Positions 27,485-34,175 of a stretch of DNA of 34,175 nucleotides are shown here, piece after piece. The stretch lies in NCBI GenBank assembly GCA_049472355.1, contig JBLIRP010000039.1, positions 1 to 34,175 on the forward strand. Direction: 5' to 3'. A model generated the notes under the pieces. It did no database searches. It saw only the letters and a program-made list of their open reading frames with translations, and had not been told where the DNA came from. The first letter of the stretch is position 1; every line of letters starts with the position of its first letter. Position numbers and translations under genes: made by a program. The stretch is from a bacterium (GTDB lineage: Bacteria; SZUA-182; DTGQ01; JAFGSM01).

Positions 27485-27710
27485 TAGAATTCCCTCTTGT
27501 CAAGGTGACAATGAAGGGAATCCCCAACCACCCGACAATAAGCCCAATGATCAGAGGAACCAGAATGACGAGGGCCTTTGATGTGTGAATACTCCAGAAA
27601 AACAGCTTGATGCCCACCTCCTGCGTATTCTGGAGGGTGAATATGACCAGGAGTAAAAGGAGCCCTATGATGAGCAGAAGCTTGACAACGATCCTCGTAT
27701 TTCTCTCCAT
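27465..27710 (-). CDS. LapA/DUF1049-family small membrane protein
   Basis: Two hydrophobic segments flanking IFTLQNTQEVGIKLFFW; GAGGAGGA SD before ATG 27710. Confidence 0.8.
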   Translation of the reverse strand: MERNTRIVVKLLLIIGLLLLLVIFTLQNTQEVGIKLFFWSIHTSKALVILVPLIIGLIVGWLGIPFIVTLTRGNSNAREEK

Positions 27711-27899
27711 GTGATTCCTCCTCACACCTCGTTGCATTAAGAGGCCTGTGCAGTGAAAAAAACGTTACCATAATAAAAATGGTTTATACAAATTATTATA
27801 TGAAATTTTTCAACTAATTATCTTCTTTTTATCAACCTTCGTCCTGCGTTGTGATTGAAAAAACAGGGTGTTATTATGATTTGATCAAAAAACATCCGT

Positions 27900-28370
27900 T
27901 TAATATCTGAGCGTAGCCGTAATCCTCTTCGGGAAAAGGAGGAGGTCCAGGCCGGTACAGGCATCCGGCACGCAGATATCCGCAGCCTTCAAGGCAGCCG
28001 CGCAGGTGCCCTCCTTTCCCATCACCGCAATGCCCACGCAGGCCCTTTCAAGCATCTGGACATCATTTGCGCCATTACCCATTGCGACAGTGTGCTCGCA
28101 CCCCATCCGTTCCAACAGGATCCTCTTACGATCGGCCTCCTCGCCCGCGGGTATCTTCCGGATGTTCACCGGCAATCCCTTACATCTCGTTTCCACGAGC
28201 CCGAAGGTATCAGCGGTAATAATGTATATGTTGACCAGGTGCGACAATTCCACAAGACGTTCATCGACTCCATCCAGGAGATCTCCGTCCAGGGCGATCG
28301 TTCCATTAAAATCCAGAATCAGGTTGTCGATCTCTACGGTCTTGAATCCGGGAATCCCTATGCGAATCAT
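27900..28370 (-). CDS. HAD-family hydrolase (soluble P-type ATPase-like)
   Basis: LDFNGTIA, ITADTFG, GNGANDVQML; AGGAGAGG SD before ATG 28370. Confidence 0.88.
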   Translation of the reverse strand: MIRIGIPGFKTVEIDNLILDFNGTIALDGDLLDGVDERLVELSHLVNIYIITADTFGLVETRCKGLPVNIRKIPAGEEADRKRILLERMGCEHTVAMGNGANDVQMLERACVGIAVMGKEGTCAAALKAADICVPDACTGLDLLLFPKRITATLRY

Positions 28371-28587
28371 ACCCTCTCCTTTTGTGCGGCAAGCGAATGT
28401 GCATGGACAAGGCAGCCGTAGCACCCTGCAACGGGCTGCGGCAGGATCGGTGGAGTCTCTAACGCTTTCATGGTAATATGTTACTATTATACTGTACAAG
28501 TTCAATCATTGAAAGATAAGCAATCACATCACATTTTCATGACCCATAACTGCTCCATACAATGTGGATGGGAAAGGGGGATGCCCC

Positions 28588-28634
28588 AACCAAACTTTGT
28601 CAGGCGGAGCGAAGCGGAGCTACCATGCTGCCCT
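28588..28634 (+). repeat. Dispersed 47-bp intergenic repeat, copy 2
   Basis: Matches 23747-23793; the sequence at 28585-28600 recurs with one mismatch at 28669-28684. Confidence 0.85.
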
Positions 28635-28684
28635 TTCCGTTATGATAGAGGGTCTGCAACTAAACTATCCCAACCAAACCTTGT

Positions 28685-29653
28685 ATGATGACTGACCAGG
28701 ACAACAGCAGAACGACATGGACGGTGACCTCCGATCAGGCAGGGACGCGGCTGGACGTATACCTTACCCGCCTCCCCTTCAATATGTCTCGAAGTCACTG
28801 GAAGCGCTTGATCGAAAAGGGATTCATAACAATTGAGGGGCATGCGACCCATCCAAGCTATGCGGTGAGGACCGGGGATATCCTGGAGATCACCATTCCC
28901 CCTCCTGAACCGTCCACCATGGAACCGGAGGCAATGCACCTCGACATCATTTATGAGGATGACGCCCTTCTGGTGCTGAATAAACCGGTGGGCATGGTGG
29001 TCCATCCGGGGGCCGGACATTCACGACACACCCTGGCCAACGCAGTCCTGCATCACTGTCCCGATTTGACAGGGATCGGCGGCACAAGGAGGCCGGGGAT
29101 CGTCCATAGGCTTGACAAGGACACCTCGGGACTCCTTGTTGTGGCCAAGACCGAATTCGCTCACCATTCCCTGTGCGCCCAGATAAAGGAAAGACAGGTT
29201 AAACGCTTGTACCTGGCGCTTGTGCATGGTATCTTCGATCAGAACGAAGGGAGGATACGCACCCTCATCGGCCGGCATCCCGTGCATCGGCAGAGGATGT
29301 CCATTCATGTTCGCGTGGGCAGGGAGGCAATCACCGATTGGCGGGTAAAGGAACGGTTCGCACAGTTCACCCTCGTCGAGGTCCGCCTGCACACCGGGCG
29401 CACCCACCAGATCAGGGTGCACATGTCCCACCTCAACCATCCGGTGGTCGGCGACAGGGTATATGGACGAGGGAGGCTTCCCGCGGAATGTCCCCAAGGG
29501 CTCAGGGAAGCGATCACCGCCCTGCCCGGCCAGGCCCTTCACGCGTTCTCTTTATGCTTTCGTCATCCCCTGACCGGTGAGACGATGGAATTCTCAGTCC
29601 CCCTTCCCCCTTCCATGCAGGGCATTCTGGATATCCTGCGCAGCACCGGATAG
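28685..29653 (+). CDS. rluD: RluA/RluD-family pseudouridine synthase
   Basis: S4 domain (RLDVYL), NKPVGMVVHP, GIVHRLDKDTSG, TGRTHQIRVH. Confidence 0.92.
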   Translation: MMTDQDNSRTTWTVTSDQAGTRLDVYLTRLPFNMSRSHWKRLIEKGFITIEGHATHPSYAVRTGDILEITIPPPEPSTMEPEAMHLDIIYEDDALLVLNKPVGMVVHPGAGHSRHTLANAVLHHCPDLTGIGGTRRPGIVHRLDKDTSGLLVVAKTEFAHHSLCAQIKERQVKRLYLALVHGIFDQNEGRIRTLIGRHPVHRQRMSIHVRVGREAITDWRVKERFAQFTLVEVRLHTGRTHQIRVHMSHLNHPVVGDRVYGRGRLPAECPQGLREAITALPGQALHAFSLCFRHPLTGETMEFSVPLPPSMQGILDILRSTG

Positions 29654-29822
29654 CGATTAATCCTTCCTTCCAAGCAGGCGAGCCGCAGCAATTCTCATTT
29701 TGATGGTGCATCGTCGTGGGCGGACATGTTTACGGAGCGATAGAGGGAGGTCCACAATGAGAACGGCGGAGGTGAGCCAACCCCGCTTTACTCACCCCCG
29801 GTCCTGTGCTAAAGTAGGTGCC

Positions 29823-30314
29823 GTGTATACAGCAGGAATCATAACCATCAGCGACAAGGGGGCAGCGGGCCGGAGGGAGGATCGAAGCGGCCCAGCGCTC
29901 AAGGAGGCCCTGGAGGCGGCCGGCATCTCTGTGGCGTTCATGAGGATCGTTCCGGACGATGTTGACCGCATCAGGGAGGCCCTCCTCGAATTGTGCGATA
30001 TGCACAAGCTCGACCTCGTCCTCACCACAGGAGGCACCGGGCTTTCTCCGAGGGACGTCACCCCGGAGGCAACGTGCACGGTGATCGAAAGGCAGGCCCC
30101 GGGGTTTTCAGAGGCGATCAGGTCGGAGGGGCTCAAGGTGACACCCCATGCAATGATCTCCAGGGGGATGAGCGGTGTTCGCGCAGGCACGCTGATTATC
30201 AACCTGCCGGGGAGTCCCAAAGGGGCACGGGAGGGCCTCGGGGCCGTACTCCCTGCCATTCCTCATGCCCTCTCCAAGCTCAAAGGCGACCCTGCCGAGT
30301 GTTGCCGGGAATAA
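29823..30314 (+). CDS. mog: Molybdopterin adenylyltransferase (MogA/MoaB family)
   Basis: ITISDKG, REDRSGP, TTGGTGLSPRDVTPEAT, INLPGSPKG; GTG start inferred. Confidence 0.9.
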   Translation: MYTAGIITISDKGAAGRREDRSGPALKEALEAAGISVAFMRIVPDDVDRIREALLELCDMHKLDLVLTTGGTGLSPRDVTPEATCTVIERQAPGFSEAIRSEGLKVTPHAMISRGMSGVRAGTLIINLPGSPKGAREGLGAVLPAIPHALSKLKGDPAECCRE

Positions 30315-30322
30315 CCATCCCC

Positions 30323-31294
30323 ATGCCATTCAAGGATATTATAGGCCATGAACGGGTCATCAACCTGCTCAGGCAATTGATGAGGCAGGAGCGAATCCCT
30401 CATGCCGTCCTGTTTGCAGGACCCGAGGGGATCGGGAAACGGCTGACTGCCTGCGGACTTGCAAAGGCCCTCCTCTGCCGACAATTGACCGATGACTACT
30501 GTGATCAATGTCCTTCATGCCGCAGCATAATCCAGGGGAACCATCCGGATGTGGCGGTCATCAAACCGGAGAACAATTCCATCAAGATCGAACAGCTGCG
30601 GGAATGGCAAAGGGAATTGGAATCAAAGAGCTATGCGGGGTCCTGGAGGATTACGATCATCGACCAGGCCGAGAAAATCACCCTCGGTGCGGCCAATTCA
30701 ATTCTCAAGATCCTGGAGGAGCCGCCGGAGAATACCCTTATCTGCCTGATAGCGGTGGAGCCGAGAAATATCCTGCCCACCATCCTCTCCCGCTGCCAGA
30801 CCGTGAGGTTCCAGCCCCTTTCACGGACCGATTTCATCCGGATCGTGCAGGAAAAAGGTGGATTGAACGAGGCCCAGGCGGGTCTCATGTATAACCTTTC
30901 CAAAGGTCAACTCTCACGAGCCCTCAATGTGGACGTTGCCGCCTTCTCCACCCTGCGGGGACAGTGGAGAGATCGTATGATTCCTCCCATGCACGAGGAA
31001 GCATGGCACCAACTTGATCAGGCATCGCTTGCGGAGGGCCTGGAAATTATCGTCCACTGGTGGAGGGATCTCCTGCTCATCCGGATGGGAATCGAAGGGC
31101 CATGGATCACCAATCAGGACAGCCTGCAGGAGTTGCAACGGGAGGCGGCGCATCTTTCACCAGGCATCATTCGTTCCAGGATCGATCTCATTCTCCGGAC
31201 CATGGAGGCGATCGACAGGAATGCCAATATACGCATGCTGATTGATTCCTTTCTGATGGAATGGAACAATGGGCCTGTCCTCCAGCATCCGTAA
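30323..31294 (+). CDS. holB: DNA polymerase III subunit delta'
   Basis: FKDIIGHE, GPEGIGK, Zn motif C..CDQCPSC, NHPDV, LKILEEPP, LPTILSRC. Confidence 0.93.
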   Translation: MPFKDIIGHERVINLLRQLMRQERIPHAVLFAGPEGIGKRLTACGLAKALLCRQLTDDYCDQCPSCRSIIQGNHPDVAVIKPENNSIKIEQLREWQRELESKSYAGSWRITIIDQAEKITLGAANSILKILEEPPENTLICLIAVEPRNILPTILSRCQTVRFQPLSRTDFIRIVQEKGGLNEAQAGLMYNLSKGQLSRALNVDVAAFSTLRGQWRDRMIPPMHEEAWHQLDQASLAEGLEIIVHWWRDLLLIRMGIEGPWITNQDSLQELQREAAHLSPGIIRSRIDLILRTMEAIDRNANIRMLIDSFLMEWNNGPVLQHP

Positions 31295-31454
31295 TCCTCC
31301 CTGAAGAAATGATGCCGGAGATGTGTATTGATTCACGAGTGCTACAATGAGATAATACGAGAGGTCTGCCGATTAAAATGGTAGGGCGGTTTCCTTCACT
31401 GAACTACATGCTCGATTACAGCCAAGGCGAATAAACCCTCGCAATAGGCGACGG

Positions 31455-32306
31455 ATGAAGAATAGTTCTCAGATGATTGACATTGTTGGTATCAAGTTTG
31501 AAAAAACCGGCAAGATCCACGACTACAATCCAAATGGTCTGGAGTTGAAGCTCTACGACTGGTGCATTGTCGAGATCGACAAGGGACTTGAATTCGGGTG
31601 CGTTGCCCGAACCCTCCAGCATATGCCCAAAAAACCAACCAAGAAACCACTCAAGAAGGTCATTCGCGTGGCGACGAACCAGGACCTCGAACAAATCATG
31701 CGCAACAGGGAGATCGGACAGCGGGCCAAGTCGATCTGCAACCGGAAGATCCAGGAGCGTAACCTCCCCATGAAGCTCATCAGGGTCAATTACACCTTCG
31801 ACGGAAATAAGGCCATATTCTATTTCACCGCCGAGGGGAGGATCGACTTCCGCGACCTGGTCAAGGATCTGGCGAACGAATTCAAAACACGCATTGAGAT
31901 GCGGCAGATAGGGGTCAGGGATGAGGCCAAGATTATCGGGGGGCTGGGATGCTGCGGACGTGAGCTATGCTGTACCCAGTTCCTGAGGGATTTTGATCCG
32001 GTGTCCATCAAGATGGCCAAGGACCAGAACCTGACCCTCAACCCGAACAAGATATCGGGTATCTGCGGGCGCCTTATGTGTTGCCTGAGTTTTGAACATA
32101 CCACCTACCTGGAGATGAAGACAAAATTGCCCAGAACCGGGGAGCGTGCAGAGTTCAACGGTGAGGAGGGAAAGGTCTCCGGCCTGGATGTACTCAATGA
32201 GACAATCTATGTGGAGCTTCCGGAGGCACGGATCGTCAAGATCAAATCCCCTGTGTTCAAGAATGGCAGGTGGATGGCCCCTGATCGCGGGGGCAAGGAG
32301 CGGTAG
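31455..32306 (+). CDS. ricT: PSP1/RicT (YaaT) family protein
   Basis: FYFTAEGRIDFRDLVKDLA, RQIGVRDEAK, CGRELCC, KISGICGRLMCCL; follows holB. Start may be 31473. Confidence 0.92.
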   Translation: MKNSSQMIDIVGIKFEKTGKIHDYNPNGLELKLYDWCIVEIDKGLEFGCVARTLQHMPKKPTKKPLKKVIRVATNQDLEQIMRNREIGQRAKSICNRKIQERNLPMKLIRVNYTFDGNKAIFYFTAEGRIDFRDLVKDLANEFKTRIEMRQIGVRDEAKIIGGLGCCGRELCCTQFLRDFDPVSIKMAKDQNLTLNPNKISGICGRLMCCLSFEHTTYLEMKTKLPRTGERAEFNGEEGKVSGLDVLNETIYVELPEARIVKIKSPVFKNGRWMAPDRGGKER

Positions 32307-33135
32307 CCAGCCTATCGAACAGGACATTGCTCAGACAGGCAAAATCCTCCAGCCGCAGCACCTCGGCCCTCACCCTTCGTTCACATCCTATCCCCTGAAC
32401 GATCTCCTCTATATCAAGGGAATCGAATTGCGGATCAAGCCTCAAGGCATTGACGAGCGTCTTACGCCGATGCCTGAATCCCGACTGGATAATGCGAAAA
32501 AGGAGCTGTTCGTCTTTCACCTCAACGGGCGGACTCGACCGTGGTCTGAGACGAATGACGCTCGATTCGACGCGAGGTCTCGGTTTGAAAACACTCGGGG
32601 GGATATCGAACAGATAGTCAGCCTCGGCGCGGTATTCCACGATCAGGCTCAAATACCCGTAAGCCTTCCCCGGTGGTCCGGCGACAATCCGTTCCGCCAC
32701 CTCCTTCTGGACCATGAAAACCATTCTGTCCACACGTGTTCCCAGGGAAAGGAGACGCTGAATGAGGGCGGTGGCCAGATAGTAGGGGAGATTTCCGAGG
32801 ACCACCGGTGGTCGGGACAGGTCCGAGCAGAGCCCGGTGAAATCCACCCTCATCACATCCGCATGCAGGATGGTAACCCGTTCGCTGATGCCCGCAATGC
32901 GATCGTGCAAGGATCGAACCAGTCCCTCATCCAGCTCAATCGCAATAACCCTGGATACGAGGGTGCTCAAGGGAATGGTCAGGGCCCCGAATCCTGCGCC
33001 TATCTCGATGACCTCCTCTTCCGGGCTCAGCCCTGCGCATTCCAGGATTCTTCGGGAGCAGGAGGCATCCACCAGGAAGTGCTGACCCCTCGGCTGACGG
33101 GTGGTGAATCTCCTGCCGGCAGCACTACGCCCCAT
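32257..33135 (-). CDS. rsmA: 16S rRNA dimethyladenosine transferase
   Basis: GQHFL, IEIGAGFGALT, GNLPYY, MVQKEVAER, FKPRPRVESS; start inferred near the pdxA stop. Confidence 0.93.
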   Translation of the reverse strand: MGRSAAGRRFTTRQPRGQHFLVDASCSRRILECAGLSPEEEVIEIGAGFGALTIPLSTLVSRVIAIELDEGLVRSLHDRIAGISERVTILHADVMRVDFTGLCSDLSRPPVVLGNLPYYLATALIQRLLSLGTRVDRMVFMVQKEVAERIVAGPPGKAYGYLSLIVEYRAEADYLFDIPPSVFKPRPRVESSVIRLRPRSSPPVEVKDEQLLFRIIQSGFRHRRKTLVNALRLDPQFDSLDIEEIVQGIGCERRVRAEVLRLEDFACLSNVLFDRLATAPCPRDQGPSTCHS

Positions 33136-34132
33136 GTTCCGCATTCCACCTTCGATGAACGAGGTCCCTGGCCATTCCGATGGCCTCACGAAGGCTGGAG
33201 GGATCCGCCTTTCCCTTCCATGCGATGTCATACCCCGTGCCATGATCAACGGAGGTCCTGATGATGGGCAATCCCAGGGTGCAGTTCACCCCCTTGCCGA
33301 ATGAAATCATCTTCAGCGGGATGAGGCCCTGATCATGGTACATGACCACCACCGCGTCAAATCTGCCGTCCTTGGCAAAGTGAAAAAGGGTATCGGAGGG
33401 ATGGGGACCGCTCACGGTCATTCCCTTGCTGCGCGCCATGTCAATGGCAGGACGTATGTGCGTCTCTTCCTCGCTCCCGAAGAGCCCCCCCTCACCCCCG
33501 TGGGGATTCAGGGCGGCCACCGCCAGTTTCGGCGGATATCCCAGGTATCGTATCCACCACTCATGGCTGATCTCGAGGATGTCATAAATCCGCTCCCTGG
33601 TGATGAGCCGGGGCACCTCTGCCAGGGCGCAGTGGGTGGTCACCAAGATGACCCTCAACGATCCCCCCGCCAGCATCATGGCAAAGCGCTTTGTATTGGT
33701 CAGCTCCGCGAGATACTCCGTGTGACCGGGATAGGGATATCCACCCATATGGATGGCCTCCTTTGATATAGGCGCGGTAATGACCGCCGCCACCCTGCCT
33801 TCCATCGCCAATTCCACCGCGGTGCGGATAAAGAGAATGGACGCCTTCCCCCCTTCCGCAGTAGGGCCCCGTTCGCCGAGATCTCCGGTAGGCAGATCCG
33901 ATGCACAGTGGAGCACCGGTATCTCCGGCCGGGAGGGATCAACCTCATCCACCGACGCAACCGAATAAAAGGCCTTTCCGGGTGCAAAGCGTTCCTGCGC
34001 CCGCTGAAGGATCGGGTAATCGCCCACCACCATGAGGTCGCCGGTTTCCTCCTCCTCATGGATGGCCTTGACGACTACCTCCGGGCCTATGCCCAAGGGA
34101 TCTCCCATGGTAATGGCCATGGTATTTCTCAT
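33125..34132 (-). CDS. pdxA: 4-hydroxythreonine-4-phosphate dehydrogenase
   Basis: ITMGDPLGIGPEV, YPGHTEYLA, LNPHGGE, MYHDQGLIP, RTSVDHGT. Confidence 0.95.
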   Translation of the reverse strand: MRNTMAITMGDPLGIGPEVVVKAIHEEEETGDLMVVGDYPILQRAQERFAPGKAFYSVASVDEVDPSRPEIPVLHCASDLPTGDLGERGPTAEGGKASILFIRTAVELAMEGRVAAVITAPISKEAIHMGGYPYPGHTEYLAELTNTKRFAMMLAGGSLRVILVTTHCALAEVPRLITRERIYDILEISHEWWIRYLGYPPKLAVAALNPHGGEGGLFGSEEETHIRPAIDMARSKGMTVSGPHPSDTLFHFAKDGRFDAVVVMYHDQGLIPLKMISFGKGVNCTLGLPIIRTSVDHGTGYDIAWKGKADPSSLREAIGMARDLVHRRWNAEHGA

Positions 34133-34175
34133 TGCGGTTATCCTTTGCCGACCATGACGCAACGAAAAAATATAA

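Noticed and set aside
13539..32306. SPL-like gene plus PSP1/ricT as evidence of endospore formation
   Set aside because: Both families occur in non-sporulating bacteria, holB-PSP1 is a common housekeeping pair, and no true sporulation genes are visible.
32257..32306. 50-bp convergent overlap of ricT and rsmA
   Set aside because: It involves only non-conserved C-terminal tails; short convergent overlaps are common.

Overview
Bacterial chromosomal window. Gene content (GT2-ParB-SPL-like trio, Hsp20-lon, holB-PSP1) resembles Desulfobacterota or a related lineage; this is inference only. The right two-thirds is mostly housekeeping: an alpha-glucan operon (GT4, two GH57, DUF4912), scpB-rluB, lon, a RluA-family synthase, mog, holB, PSP1/ricT, rsmA and pdxA. 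The left third (3.7-10.8 kb, minus strand) is the unusual part. It holds nine tandem paralogues of a ~190-aa Sec-exported, Pro/aromatic-rich, nearly uncharged protein family that I do not recognise. By motif they fall into three subtypes (A, B, C) arranged as three triplets, each with one of each subtype (A-B-C, A-C-B, C-A-B). The array has two near-consensus sigma70 promoters with long leaders, several strong Shine-Dalgarno sites heading start-stop or tiny ORFs, and a perfect 20-bp hairpin. Downstream are a small secreted protein and two tandem Thr-type sulfatase-superfamily genes. At 24.3 kb a separate gene encodes a signal peptide followed by (LYGG)17. My best reading is an undescribed exported structural polymer system (coat, sheath or fibre), possibly built from heterotrimers. 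No rRNA, tRNA, CRISPR array or transposase was seen.
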